Source: an uncultured Verrucomicrobiae bacterium (GTDB taxonomy: Bacteria > Verrucomicrobiota > Verrucomicrobiia > Chthoniobacterales > Terrimicrobiaceae). Taken from it: DNA of 64,000 nucleotides. Of this stretch, positions 1-13,762 are shown in pieces. The notes beneath the pieces are model-generated. The model did no database searches, was not told the DNA's origin, and saw only the letters and a program-made list of their open reading frames with translations. The stretch covers positions 224,001 to 288,000 of the forward strand of contig CAVPOC010000006.1 of the NCBI GenBank assembly GCA_963706955.1, given 5' to 3'. The position numbers and the translations under genes are program-made. How positions within the stretch are numbered: position 1 is the stretch's first letter; every line of letters begins with the position of its first letter.

Positions 1-1874
1 CGAGCCCGTAGTTTTGGAGAATTCGGAAGGCGCTCGGACAACGCCTTCTGTGGTGGCTTTTTCGAAGACGGGCGAGAGGCTCGTCGGTCAAGCGGCCAAG
101 CGCCAGGCGGTAACCAATCCGCAGAACACTGTCTTTTCCGTGAAGCGTTTTATGGGTCGCAAGTACTCGGAAGTTCAGGATGAGTTTAAGCGTGTTCCTT
201 ACAAAGTTGTCGAGGCTTCCAACGGCGATGTGCACATCGAGGTTGAGGTGGGCGGTGAGAGGAAGCGCTTCAGCCCGCCGGAGATTTCCGCGATGATTCT
301 GGGCAAGCTTAAGGCGGATGCCGAAGCCAAGCTCGGAGAGAAGATCACCCAGGCAGTGATCACGGTTCCGGCTTACTTTAATGATTCCCAGCGCAACGCT
401 ACCAAGGATGCCGGCAAAATCGCCGGACTTGAAGTTCTGCGAATCATCAATGAACCGACCGCTGCGTCGCTGGCTTATGGGTTGGACAAGAAGAAGGATG
501 AAAAGATAGCGGTGTATGACCTCGGCGGCGGCACGTTCGACATTTCCGCCTTGGAGATTGGTGACGGAGTATTCCAAGTGGCCGCCACCAACGGTGACAC
601 CCATCTTGGCGGTGACGATTGGGACAATCGGCTGATGGACTGGATTATCGACGAATTCAAGAAGGATACTGGGATAGATCTTTCGAAGCAGCCCGATGCC
701 GTTCAGCGGATCAAGGAAGAGTCCGAGAAAGCCAAGATCGCGCTCTCTTCGACTCAGGAATACGAGATCAATTTGCCGTTTGTGACCGCGGATCAGACAG
801 GTCCCAAGCATATCCAGAAAAAGTTGACTCGTTCAAAACTTGAGCAACTCACCGACGACCTCTTCGAGCGCACTGTTAAGCCGGTCAAGGATTGCTTGAA
901 CGACGCAAAATGGAGCGCGAATACCGTCGATGAGCTGGTGCTTGTCGGAGGTATGACGCGGATGCCAAAAGTCATCGAGACGGCCCGCTCGCTCATCGGC
1001 AAGGAGCCTCACAAGGGAGTTAATCCCGATGAAGTCGTGGCCGTAGGCGCATGCATTCAGGGAGGTGTTCTCAAGGGCGACGTCAAGGATGTGCTCTTGC
1101 TCGACGTGACTCCGCTGACTCTGGCGATCGAAACCGCCGGTGGGATCGCCACGGCGATGATCCCGCGCAATACGACCATCCCGACACGGAAGTCGCAGAT
1201 TTTCTCGACTTACAGTGACAGCCAACCAGGCGTGGAGATCAAGGTGCTCCAAGGCGAGCGTCCCTTGAGCCGTGACAACAAGCAACTCGGCACCTTTCAC
1301 CTGGACGGAATCCCTCCGGCTCCGCGAGGTGTTCCTCAGATCGAGGTCACTTTCGACATCGATGCCAATGGCATTCTCAACGTCAGCGCCAAGGATCTCG
1401 GCACAAGTAAGGAGCAGAAGATCTCCATCACCGGGTCCAGCGGCTTGACCAAGGATGAAGTCGAAAGGATGCAGCGCGAGGCGGAAAGCCACGCCGAGGA
1501 GGATCGCAAGGCGAAAGAGGCGATCGAACTGCGGAACAACGCCGACAACCTCGCTTATCAAGTCGAGAAACAACTCAAGGAACTCGGCGACAAGCTCGAC
1601 GGCGCGACGAAACAGTCGGTCGAGGAGGCGGTCACCAAGGTTCGCGAGAGCTCTCAAGGGCAACGACAACGACGAAGTCAAGAGGACGTTTGATGCCTTG
1701 CAGGCCAAATTCCAAGAGGTAAGCTCCGAGCTCTACAAAAAGGCGTCTGCCCAGACTGAACCCCAGCCCGGCCCCTCAGAGGGAGAGGTCCATCCGCCAG
1801 GAGCTGAGAAGAAGGATTCCGACGTCGTCGACGCCGAGTTTGAGATGGTCGACGAAGACAAGAAGAAGAGTTGA
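1..1874 (+). CDS. dnaK: Molecular chaperone DnaK (5' end outside window; one apparent frameshift near 1650)
   Basis: Hsp70 motifs [36 protein letters not shown] and [15 protein letters not shown]. The C-terminus ([17 protein letters not shown]) continues in ORF 1455..1874. Confidence 0.97.
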
Positions 1875-1969
1875 TCGACAAGCTTTAACAATCGTCTCCC
1901 GCGCCGCCTATGCGGCAGTCGGGGATCAACGTTAAAAACCAACCAACAAGAAGAAAAATCGACAGCCCT

Positions 1970-2267
1970 ATGGCCAATGTGAACATCAAGCCTCTCGGCG
2001 ATCGCGTGCTCGTGCACCCGCTCGAAGAGAAGGAAGTCAAGAAGGGCGGTATCATTATTCCCGATACCGCCAAAGAAAAGCCCCAGGAAGGGAGAGGTAG
2101 TCGCCCTCGGAACGGGAAAACGCGATGACGATGGAAAGCTCATCGAGTTTACCGTCAAGAAGGGAGACAGAGTCCTGATCTCCAAATACGGCGGCACAGA
2201 AGTTAAAATTGAAGGCGAGAGCTACCTGATTATGCGTGAGGACGATATCCTCGGCATTATCGGCTGA
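1970..2267 (+). CDS. groES: Co-chaperonin GroES (apparent frameshift near 2092)
   Basis: [15 protein letters not shown]...[16 protein letters not shown], then the shifted frame reads [15 protein letters not shown]...[31 protein letters not shown] at 2265-2267. Directly upstream of groEL. Confidence 0.95.
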
Positions 2268-2301
2268 TGCTTCGCAAACGATTAACAGATCAAAATAGTA
2301 A

Positions 2302-3948
<1,647 letters not shown>

Positions 3949-3995
3949 GTCGGACATCGCCTTGTGGCGCGTGAAAGACGCGTCGTCAAAGAATC

Positions 3996-4032
3996 AAAGC
4001 CGCCTCGGGGAGACTCGAGGCGGCTTTCTTTT
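3996..4032 (+). terminator. Rho-independent terminator after groEL
   Basis: 12-bp stem AAAGCCGCCTCG/CGAGGCGGCTTT followed by CTTTT. Confidence 0.85.
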
Positions 4033-4121
4033 GGTTCCGAACCGAACGAAGATATTCCATTTCCCAGGCTTGCACTATTGAGTAGGAAGCATGCTCGACA
4101 TCCCCAATCTGTCGTGCGCCC

Positions 4122-4481
4122 GTGAAATTTCGCCCTGTGATTCTCGCCAGTTTGGCGGCTCTGCTCATTTTCGATGCGGGCTGCGCGGTAAGTCCCGCTC
4201 CCAAGAAGGGCTATCCCCCGCTGGATGTCAGCGTGGAGCAAGCTGGCGTGCGTTTGCTGCGGCGGGGAATGACCGTTTGCTTGATACGGACTGATTTGCC
4301 CAACGTTGAAAGATGGGAAATTATCAATCGCAATACGGAAATCGTCATCAAGTCACGAGGCGACCGAGGACCCGCAGCCGTCGAATTGTTCGATACGCAA
4401 TCAGGGATTCTCAAAGGCAAAGTAATGGAACACGCTATTCCTGATGGGCAGCCCGCGTGGGCGGCGGGGTTTGAAAATTAG
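4122..4481 (+). CDS. Hypothetical exported protein or lipoprotein
   Basis: GTG start, hydrophobic N-terminus ending in a lipobox-like DAGC; 119 aa. Confidence 0.6.
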   Translation: MKFRPVILASLAALLIFDAGCAVSPAPKKGYPPLDVSVEQAGVRLLRRGMTVCLIRTDLPNVERWEIINRNTEIVIKSRGDRGPAAVELFDTQSGILKGKVMEHAIPDGQPAWAAGFEN

Positions 4482-4842
4482 AGCGAAGATGATTGTCGAA
4501 GCCTCGCCTCAGGTACTGAGTTCGGCGCTTTGCGGCTGACAACGAGGTGGACTGTGGATCAAGCGGCCGGTGAAATTTGCGAAGGTCCTCAAACGTGGTT
4601 GAGCTTGTGCCATGGCCGCGCAGGTCCGCTTCTGACAGCTTGAGAAGACTCCGCGAAGTAGCCGAGGCGATCGAAAATTGCATGGCTATCTCGATCGTCC
4701 CAAGCGGTTCAGATCGGGTGGAACTGGAGGACCGGAGTAGAGTCAAGAATTAGCACGAGCGCGGCCGGAAATGGTGAGTCTTCGTGCTAAAGTGGTCGTG
4801 ATCGTCTTGAAACGGTCAGACTTCCCGTCTATACGTTTTTGA

Positions 4843-6127
4843 ATGTCTGTGGACGTCGCTGGATTGGTTCAAAAGCTGCTGACCAAGCTGAGCAATTCGC
4901 GGGACTTCACGATTTCTGCTGCTCTGCACGCGGTTCTCATTGCGCTCTTTGGAGGCACAGTGCTGTATCGCGCGGTGCAGGAGCCGCCCGATTTTGAGGG
5001 GGAGTGGGGAGGGTTTGTGCAACCGAACGAGGTGGCGGCTCCTCCGGCGACGCAACAACCTCCGCCGCAAGAGACGACATTCAATGTGGCGGCGGTCCCC
5101 GCGGCGGTGAGTTCGTCGCAGATTAGCACGATCACGACGACAGCGGCAAATCCGTTGAACTTTGCCATGGATCCGATCATCACGGCGCCGATCACGACAA
5201 GTCCGACAGCGCCTTCCCAACCCGCGGTCGCGCCACCCGCCGTCGGGTGCCGGAATGGATGGGATGAGCACCGCGGTAGCGGCGCAGATCAAGGCATTCA
5301 CAGGAGGTTGGGGAAAGGGACAGGGAAGCGGGGTGGGGACTCGGTCGCGGGAGTTCGAATTCACGGCCTATATCGGCCAATACAGCGGGGGAAACTGGAA
5401 CTCGACAGTGCGCATCTCCGCCGGGAAGCAAATTGAAACCGGGAGTCTGCCAAACCTGCTCTACCTAATGAGCGCCTGGTCGAAGGATAAGATCAAGACC
5501 AACTATAAGAATGTTCAGGCGATCAAGCTGGACAGCGACGAAATTTTTTCAGTCAAGCCACCGTTCATCTTTCTTACCGGGACCCGGGATTTCAAATTGA
5601 CAGACAAGGAGGTGGAAAACCTTCAGAAATACGTGCGAATGGGCGGATGTATTTGGGGCGACAGCTCACTGCCAGGATTGCGGTCGCGCTTTGACATCGC
5701 CTTCAAGCGCGAGATGAAGCGCGTGATTCCCGATGTGGATAAGAATTTTGAGCCGCTGCCCGCAAACCATCCCATCTTCACGGAGGGTTATTTTGCCGAC
5801 ATCAAGGAGGTTCCGCCCGGCTTAAACTTTTACAAGGAACCGGTCTTTGCGATGAAGATCTACGGTGAAATTGCGATCTTGTACACCGCCAACGATTATG
5901 GCGACATGTGGCAGGTCGGTCTAAACCAACAGGGGCAAATCGACCTGAGGAAAGATGCGAACGATCGTTACGTCGCCATCAATCCGGACATTTATGATCG
6001 ACGAGATGTCTACCTGCGCAACATAGATCCGGCGGCTCTCTCGACGTGCTTTAAGTTTGGGACGAATGTCGTCATTCACCTGCTGACACGCTGGGAAAGC
6101 AAGGTGCGCACTGCGCCGACGCTGTAA
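4843..6127 (+). CDS. Membrane-anchored DUF4159-family protein (frameshift near 5245)
   Basis: N-terminal TM ISAALHAVLIALF and Pro/Thr-rich linker. C-terminal region PFIFLTG...LQKYVRMGGCIWGD...F.REMKRV.P...LPANHPIF...KFGTNVVIHLLT matches the DUF4159 pattern. Confidence 0.75.
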
Positions 6128-6140
6128 TGCGATCCGTCTC

Positions 6141-6890
6141 TTATCCTCCCCAGCGCGCGCCGGGGCTGAGCTGAGGAATCCAGCCATTGGTCGGGCACTT
6201 GGCGTAGTCGGTCTTTCCGATGGCGCCGATCATTCTCTTGCCGGTAGCCTGTCGCCAGAACTTGCTCATGCTCTCGCCGGTGTGGCATCCCCAACTCTTT
6301 ACGACTGCGTTGTGAGCGAAAATGCCGCGACGAATTCTCTTCAACTCCTTCTCGTGCAGCCAGACCTTTGACCCGCTATCGATCTCGTTGCTGTAGTCGA
6401 ACATGAAGCACGCCTTGTTGGAGTGACCGTAAAAATCGAAGCTGCCGATCTTAACCCGACTACGCGGTTGCCCATTGTTGAGATAGTTTATCAGTTGCGA
6501 CGTGTCGCTGAAGAAAACGAGGTTGATGCCGTACTTGTTTCGCACGCTGACGATATTGCCAATCAAGTCTGCATGATCTTGACGTTGAGCGCGGCGGACA
6601 TAGCCCGGCTTATAGACCAGCCAGGTAATGCGCGCAGTCGGACCATGCTGCTGACGCAATTGCTCAATTCGGACACGCGCAGAGCGAATGAAGTTGCCCC
6701 ACCACCGGTCGTGCGGTTCTGCCTTGTAACGTTCCCACTCCACGAGGGAGGGTCCACCACTCAGGACAATGTATTCTCGCTGAGCCTCCTGGGCGAACGC
6801 GCTGGTCAAGGCCAGAGCGAGGATCACCGGCAGCATGGAGTAAGAAGGTCGCATATCAGTCGAGCATTCCTGGAACGCCATTTTCTGCAA
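6141..6890 (-). CDS. Hypothetical secreted protein (possible His-Cys peptidase-like fold)
   Basis: Signal peptide (VILALALTSAFA-Q); FDFYGHSN and KSWGCHTG motifs. True start is probably downstream of 6890. Confidence 0.7.
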   Translation of the reverse strand: MQKMAFQECSTDMRPSYSMLPVILALALTSAFAQEAQREYIVLSGGPSLVEWERYKAEPHDRWWGNFIRSARVRIEQLRQQHGPTARITWLVYKPGYVRRAQRQDHADLIGNIVSVRNKYGINLVFFSDTSQLINYLNNGQPRSRVKIGSFDFYGHSNKACFMFDYSNEIDSGSKVWLHEKELKRIRRGIFAHNAVVKSWGCHTGESMSKFWRQATGKRMIGAIGKTDYAKCPTNGWIPQLSPGARWGG

Positions 6891-6937
6891 GACGATTTCT
6901 CGCCAATTGTTGCTCTTAGACCGAATAAGCTCCGATC

Positions 6938-9342
6938 GTGCCGCTTGATTCGTCGGTCTTCGAAAAGCTGGGCGTATTTTATCTAGGGCGCTCTTACGAT
7001 CTGGCGACGCGGACTTCGAGCGACGTCCCTGTCCTCTACGACTCGCGCGATCTCGTCACTCATGCCGTCTGCGTGGGGATGACTGGCAGCGGGAAGACTG
7101 GTCTTTGTCTGGCCCTTCTTGAAGAAGCCGCCTTGGATGGAATCCCTGCCATTATCGTGGATCCCAAGGGAGACCTCGGGAATCTGCTTCTCACCTTTCC
7201 CGAATTGCGCGGAGAGGATTTTCAGCCCTGGGTAAACGCCGAGGAAGCCCAGCGAAAAGGCTTGGAGCCCGCTGCCTACGCCGAGGAGCAAGCGAAAACG
7301 TGGCGTAAGGGCCTGGCCGCCTGGGGGCAAACGCCGGAGCGCATCCGGACATTGCGTGAGAAGGTGGAGATGGTCATCTATACCCCCGGCAGTAGCAGTG
7401 GCATTCCGGTCAATGTGCTCGCTTCATTCGAGGCACCGGCTTCTGACGATGCCGAAACGCGTGCCGAGCGCGCGCAAACCACGCGAGCAGCCTTCTTGGC
7501 CTACTCAAGCTCGACACCGATCCCCTGAAGAGCCGCGAGTACATTCTGCTCTCGGCACTCATATCGCACGAGTGGGAGCATGGTCGCGCTCTCGATCTGC
7601 CAACTCTGATCGAACGCATTCAGAATCCGCCGTTTTCCAAGGTCGGAGTTCTCGATTTGGAAACATTCTATCCGGCCAAGGATCGGTTTGCCTTCATCAT
7701 GGCGATCAACAACCTGCTCGCGGCGCCGTCGTTTGCCACTCTGGCGCCAGGGGGAATCCCTCGATGTAGCGAAGTTTCTTTACACGTCCGAAGGCAAGCC
7801 GCGATTGGCGATCTTTTCCATTGCTCATCTGGGTGACGAAGAGCGCATGTTCTTCGTGTCGCTGCTGCTCAATGAAGTTGTGTCCTGGACGCGCGCTCAA
7901 TCCGGCACCACCAGCCTGCGGGCCATCGTCTACATGGATGAGATCTTTGGATATCTTCCTCCAACAGCAAACCCGCCTTCGAAGCTTCCACTGCTGACGT
8001 TGCTCAAGCAGGCTCGCGCATTTGGTGTCGGTGTTGTGCTCGCCACGCAAAATCCGGTGGACCTTGACTACAAGGCGTTGTCGAATGCCGGCACGTGGTT
8101 TATCGGCCGACTACAAACGGAACGAGATAAGGCGCGCATGCTTGACGGCTTGCAAGGCGCGGCGGCGGGCCAAAAGGGATTCGATCGCGGCGCAATGGAG
8201 GCGCATGCTAGCAAGCTTGGGCAATCGCATCTTCCTGATGAACAACGTCCATGATGATGCTCCCATCGTCTTTGAGACGCGCTGGGTAATGAGCTATCTG
8301 CGTGGTCCCCTCACCAGGGATCAGATCAAAACGCTCATGACTAGCCGGAAACAGGCGACGCCTGTTGCTGCTGAAGTCTCACGCGCGAAATTCTCACTGG
8401 CGCGAAGCGTCCGGCGATACCACCCGGGATCAAGGAAGTCTTCTTTCCTTCTCGAGACGCGGGCCCAGTCATCTATCAGCCGCGGCTAATTGGCGCTGCG
8501 ACGATTCGATTCGTGGATGCGAAACTCGGTGTCGACCAGACCCGCGATGCCCTGCTGCAGGCGCCTTTTCCCGATGGCATTTCTGGTGCTCAGTGGGCCG
8601 AGAGTCTGCGATGTCGATCCGACTGAACTTGAAAAAGAACCCGCTGATCACGCGCAGTTTTCGGATCTTCCCAACGCCGCGTTGCAGCCAAAGAACTATG
8701 CCAATTGGCAGAAAGACTTTCTTCAAGGAGTTCTCGCGACGCAGCGACTGCGAATTTTCCGCTGTCCCTCCTTGAAGGCGGTCGCGAAGCCAGGGGAAAG
8801 CGAGGCCGAGTTTAGGGCCTCGATCGCGCTCGCCGCACGCGAGAGCCGCGATGCGGCGGTTGAAAGTCTGCGGAAGAAATACGCCCCCAAATTGGCCGCT
8901 TTGCAGGCTCGACTTGGACGTGCCGAGGCGGCGGTCGCCAAACAAAAAGAACAGGCCTCCCAGGCCCGGATTCAGACCGCGATTTCCGTAGGCTCAACTC
9001 TCCTGGGAGCGATTTTCGGTCGCAAAACTCTCAGTTCCGCGACCATTAGCAAGGCGGCGACGGCGGCACGTGGGGTCGGCCGAACCATTCAGGAAGGCTC
9101 GGAGGCCGCCACTGCCGAAGCAGAATGCAGAAGCCATCCGCAAGCAGATTGCCGAGATGGAAACCGAAGTCGAAGCCGAGAGCGCCGCCCTGGCCGCCAC
9201 CGAACCGAAGATTGAAGTGGTCGAAGTTAAGCCGACTCGGGCGGGGGTTTCGGTCCGTCTGATCGCCCTTGGGTGGATTCCGCAGACGCAAGTCCTAGAA
9301 CGCCGGCAGCAAGTAAAGGAATGTGCTGCCCCAGGGCCGTAG
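6938..9342 (+). CDS. HerA-like/DUF853-type P-loop ATPase (several apparent frameshifts)
   Basis: Walker [17 protein letters not shown], Walker [31 protein letters not shown] and a C-terminal coiled coil, spread over consecutive ORFs. Confidence 0.85.
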
Positions 9343-9436
9343 CGCCAATGTCCCCACCGCCGAACAAATACCCTCGGCGATAAGCACACGCCGCCGCAGG
9401 TTGGCGCGTAGCGCCTGCGGGTGCGGCAACGCCGCT

Positions 9437-10112
9437 TTAATTTCTACGACCGAGTGTTTCGGCGGGACTAGCCAAATTCAGAATACGCCGGCATTCCTCG
9501 CAGTAGGCTTGCGGGTTTTCGGCCTGCAGAATGCCGGAAACGATGACCACTCGGCGGGCGCCTGCGGCGACTACTTCGCGAAGGTTGCCTAGATTGATTC
9601 CGCCGATGCAGAAGACCGGTATGCTGACCTCCTCTTGAACCCGACGGATTTCATCTATGCCGATGGGCGTGTAATCTGGCTTCGTGCGAGTCGCAAACAG
9701 AGGGCCGAAGCCGATATAGTCCGGCTGTTCCTGCAGGGCGGCCCGCGCCTGCGCCAGGCTGTGGGTGGACTTTCCGACGATCGCATCGTCGCCGGCAAGT
9801 TTCCGGGCCTCAGCGACGCTGAGGTCGTCCTGGCCGACGTGCGTTCCCTGCGCATGGCACTTCGGCACCAGATGCGGATGGTCGTTCACGATGAAGGGAG
9901 TTCCGCTTGCGCGACAAAGCGCTGACAATTCGCAGGCGAGAGGGAGGATCGTCTCGGGCGTTTGGTTCTTCGCGCGCAACTGCAGGACTTGAACTCCGCC
10001 GGCAACGAATGTCGCCAGCTACCTCGAGAGCCTCTCGCTCGCTGACATACGCGAGATCGAGGATCCCGTAGAGTTGCGCCTGATCAAGCGCGGGATGTCG
10101 CGCGCGGGGCAT
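9437..10112 (-). CDS. thiE: Thiamine-phosphate synthase (frameshift near 10010)
   Basis: LYGILD, QLRAK, FIVNDH, HVGQDDL, GKSTHS, YIGFGPLFATRTKP and IGGIN motifs. Confidence 0.92.
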
Positions 10113-10160
10113 CGCAGACTTGTCCGATGGTTTGCCAGCCGTCGTCGGACTTCCTTTTCT

Positions 10161-11070
10161 CTACTTCCAAAGCGGAGTAGGGTAAGCGCCTTCGGAATGC
10201 AGCTCTTTGAGAGCCTGCATAACTTCAGGCTTGTCTTCGCGGTAGGTAACGCCGAACCAATCGGCATTTGTGGGCAGCACATCAAGCGTCGCCTGGCCTT
10301 CGGTGATCATCGCGCCAATCGCCTCCGGAATATAGCACTCGGCTTTCGGATCAGTGGAATTGGCGCTCAGGAACGCGACGAGCTGCTCTTCGATCAAAGG
10401 GAAAGCCGCCGGCGTAAGGCCCCAGAAGTTCATCGAGACCGGCTCGTCTCCGCGAAACTTTTGGACCCTCCCATCAGGATTCTTCTGGATGATCTCACTG
10501 CCGACCTTCTCAATTCCGGTGCACTCGCTGATCGACATCAGTCTGCTATGGGAGTCAACCCGGCAGACACCGCGCGCAACCGAGCCATGTTCGGAGAGAG
10601 TGTGATCAAGTCTATAGCCGGCCATCGCGAAGTTCGCCTTCTCTGGTTTGGCGGCACGCAAGAAACGGCCAATTACTTCATAGGTTTCGCGTCCATAAAA
10701 ATCGTCAGCATTGATGGCGGCGAAAGGTTCGGCAAGTAGCTTCCCGCGCGCACCAAACCGCATGAGCCGTTCCCCACGGCTTCTTTCGATCTGACGGGAC
10801 CGAAAATCCTCGCGGCAGAAGATCGAGTTGCTGAAAGACGTAATCCACCGGCACATTGCCCTTGTAGCGCGATCCGACTCGTTCCCGAAATTCTGCCTCG
10901 ATGTCTCGCCGAATAATAAAGACGACACGATCAAAGCCAGCTCGCAAAGCGTCGAAGACCGAGTAGTCGAGAAGAGTCTCACCTGAAGGACCCATCGGAT
11001 CGACTTGTTTCAATCCGCCATAGCGACTGCCCATTCCGGCGGCAAGGACGAGGAGAGTTTGCTTAGGCAT
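10161..11070 (-). CDS. Sugar-phosphate nucleotidyltransferase family protein (frameshift near 10745)
   Basis: LVLAAGMGSRYGGLKQ, KPWGTAHA, FAAINADDFYG, VSMNFWG and WFGVTY motifs. Confidence 0.9.
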
Positions 11071-11164
11071 GCGCCAGTGTTGTGGATAAGCCCTGATCAA
11101 TCAAGCTCTGAGCGAACCCAAAGCGTCGCCCTTAGAGGTTTAGCTTAAGACCTGTTACTCCGTG

Positions 11165-12835
11165 TCAAGCGGCACCATTCAGTAGCGCGCGTGCGTGCTC
11201 GACAGCGGACTTTGACTTGCCTCCCAGCATTCTGGCGATTTCTTGCTCTCGCGATCTGCCGCTCGCCTCCAGCAGCAGCGCTCGTGTCCGCCCGTCCATG
11301 ACTTGCTTGGTAACCACAAACTGCCGTGATGCCGCGGCGGCCACCTGCGGAAGATGCGTGATACAAAGGACCTGGCGTGATCGCCCAAGTGTCCGCATTT
11401 TCGTGGCAACTTTTGCGGCGATTTCGCCTCCGACATTCGCGTCAATTTCGTCGAAGACGAGAACCGGAACATCATCCTGGTCGGCCAGTGCGCTCTTGAG
11501 AGCGAGCATGACACGCGAGATCTCACCCGACGAGCCGATGGAGCGCAGCGGCCGAGGCGGCTCTCCAGGATTGGCGGAAAAGAGAAACTCAACCAGCTCA
11601 TTTCCGTGGGCGGACGGCGGGTCGAGTTTTTCCAGCGAAATGGAGAAGTCGGATCTGGCAAACCCCAGTTCCCGGAGACCAGCGCGCACCATCTCGGCGA
11701 GCTTCGCGGAGGCCCGAGCACGCAGTTCACTCAGCTCCCTTCCCTGGACATGCATCGTCTCCTTAGCAGCGGAAATCTCTTCATCAAGCGACTCGCGGCG
11801 GGCGGATCTGCCGACCAACTCGTTAAGTCTGCGACTGGCCTGCTCGCCAAAGCTGAGCACATCCGCAATGGAATTCCCATACTTGCGCTTGAGAGATTGG
11901 ATGGTATCGAGGCGGTCTTCAATTTCGGGAAGATCGATCGGGTTGTTCTCAAGAGCAGACGAATAGCTTTGCACCGCGCGCGCGAAGTCATCGACGGCTG
12001 CAAAGGAGGCTTGAAAAGCTTGTTCGATTTTCGTCGCTCCAGGATCAAGGCGAAGGAGCTCGCGCACGCTTCGCGAAAGGCTCTCCAGTTTGGCGATCAG
12101 CGAATCTTCCGAATCCGCAATTTGGGCTGCCAATTCCGTGCAGAGCTCCGTGATGCGCCGGGCACTCGTAGCAACTTTCTGCTTGGCAAGAAGGTTTTCT
12201 TCTTCACCGACTTGCAAACGGGCAGCTTCGATCTCGCCAACCTGATGCGTGAGGAGATCAACTTCGCGCAATGTGCTCTGTTCATCGCGAAGCATCGAGT
12301 TCTTTTCCTCTGTCAACCGCACGGCCGTGCTTCGAGCTTTTGCAAATTCTTCGCGAACGTTCTCACTTCCCGCAAAGCGATCGAGCAAGTCGGTCTGATG
12401 CTCGCGCGAAAATAAGCTTTGGTGATCATGAGGACCATGCAGGTCGACGAGGAAGTTCCCCAACGAGCGAAGCAATGCCAGTGTGCACGGGGATCCGTTG
12501 ACAAACTGCCTCGCGGGGGAATTAAGCGAAACGACTCGCTTGAGGAGCAGGCGACCGTCCTCACAGGGCTCCGCGCCGTGTCGATCCAGGAGGGTCGAAA
12601 TCCGCTCGTCGTCGGCGTTCTCAAAGACGGCCTCCACGCCACAGCTCTCCGCTCCCGTTCGAATCAAATCTTTGTCCGCTCGCTCACCGAGGACGAGCGT
12701 AAGTGCTCCAATCAGGATTGATTTGCCCGCACCGGTCTCGCCGGTGATGGCAAGAAATCCCGGCGCTGTTTCCCAGGTCATTTCTTCGACCAGTGCCAGG
12801 TTGCGGATGCGCAGCGAGGTGAGCGTTGCGGACAT
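11165..12835 (-). CDS. recN: DNA repair protein RecN
   Basis: ITGETGAGKS, HGPHDHQ, signature SSGEISR, VFDEIDA and CITHLPQVAA; probable ATG at 12835. Confidence 0.96.
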   Translation of the reverse strand: MSATLTSLRIRNLALVEEMTWETAPGFLAITGETGAGKSILIGALTLVLGERADKDLIRTGAESCGVEAVFENADDERISTLLDRHGAEPCEDGRLLLKRVVSLNSPARQFVNGSPCTLALLRSLGNFLVDLHGPHDHQSLFSREHQTDLLDRFAGSENVREEFAKARSTAVRLTEEKNSMLRDEQSTLREVDLLTHQVGEIEAARLQVGEEENLLAKQKVATSARRITELCTELAAQIADSEDSLIAKLESLSRSVRELLRLDPGATKIEQAFQASFAAVDDFARAVQSYSSALENNPIDLPEIEDRLDTIQSLKRKYGNSIADVLSFGEQASRRLNELVGRSARRESLDEEISAAKETMHVQGRELSELRARASAKLAEMVRAGLRELGFARSDFSISLEKLDPPSAHGNELVEFLFSANPGEPPRPLRSIGSSGEISRVMLALKSALADQDDVPVLVFDEIDANVGGEIAAKVATKMRTLGRSRQVLCITHLPQVAAAASRQFVVTKQVMDGRTRALLLEASGRSREQEIARMLGGKSKSAVEHARALLNGAA

Positions 12836-12863
12836 GTTCAGACTATGCCATGAAGGGGACGCA

Positions 12864-13646
12864 ATGCGGGAAGTAGAAATTACGTTTCTTGGCACGGGCA
12901 CATCGCATGGCGTTCCGGTGATCGGCTGCCAGTGTAATGTCTGCTCTTCCATCGATCCGCGTGATAAACGCCTGCGAAGCGCAATTCAACTGCGAACGCC
13001 CGAGATGGTCATCCAAGTGGATACTCCTCCCGACTTTCGGGCCCAATGTTTACGCGAGGCCGTCACTCGCATTGACGCGGTCATTTATACGCATTCGCAT
13101 ACGGACCATATCCTTGGTTTCGACGATTTACGCCGATTTTGCGAAATGGACGATAAGGCGATGCCTATCTATGCGACTGAGAGGACGTTGAACGACCTGC
13201 GACGCGTCTTTCAATACGCATTTCAAGCGGAGTTCCGCTTTATCGGTTACATCCGACCGGAGCCCGTTTGTATCAACGGCCCCTTCTGGCTCGGTAAAAC
13301 TGAAGTAATTCCCTTCGATTTGCCGCACGGCCGCACCACGACCAGTGGTTTGGTGTTCCGCCGCGATGGACGAATCATCTTGGCATATTTTACCGACTGC
13401 AAAAAGGTGACCAAGGAGGCTGAAGAAGCCGCCGGTGGTGCCGAGATCCTCGTCCTCGATGCTCTAAGGCATGCCACTCACATGACGCATATGTCGCTGA
13501 GTGAGGCCATGGAAACTTCGCGCCGCATAGCGCCTGTTCGCACCTACTTTACCCACATGTGTCACGATTTGGGACATGCCGAGACGGAGCTGCTTCTGCC
13601 AGAGAATGTTCGACTTGCTTACGATGGCCTGGTGCTTGCGATCTAA
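12864..13646 (+). CDS. MBL-fold metallo-hydrolase, PhnP-like
   Basis: FLGTGTSHGVPVIGCQCNVC, THSHTDHILGFDDLR and THMCHD motifs. Confidence 0.92.
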   Translation: MREVEITFLGTGTSHGVPVIGCQCNVCSSIDPRDKRLRSAIQLRTPEMVIQVDTPPDFRAQCLREAVTRIDAVIYTHSHTDHILGFDDLRRFCEMDDKAMPIYATERTLNDLRRVFQYAFQAEFRFIGYIRPEPVCINGPFWLGKTEVIPFDLPHGRTTTSGLVFRRDGRIILAYFTDCKKVTKEAEEAAGGAEILVLDALRHATHMTHMSLSEAMETSRRIAPVRTYFTHMCHDLGHAETELLLPENVRLAYDGLVLAI

Positions 13647-13762
13647 CACTCGCCGTGACGAGGTGAACGGGCGTTCACGGGGAATTCGTCCTTCGTGGAA
13701 TGCGAAGCGGAATTTCTGGACGAGACTTTGAAGCAATTTGCCCGAACGATAGCTTTGCGCAG

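Noticed and set aside
4435..4746. Minus-strand 103-aa ORF, and ORF 43716..43991
   Set aside because: No recognisable motifs or clear RBS, and they overlap neighbouring genes; not supportable as CDS.
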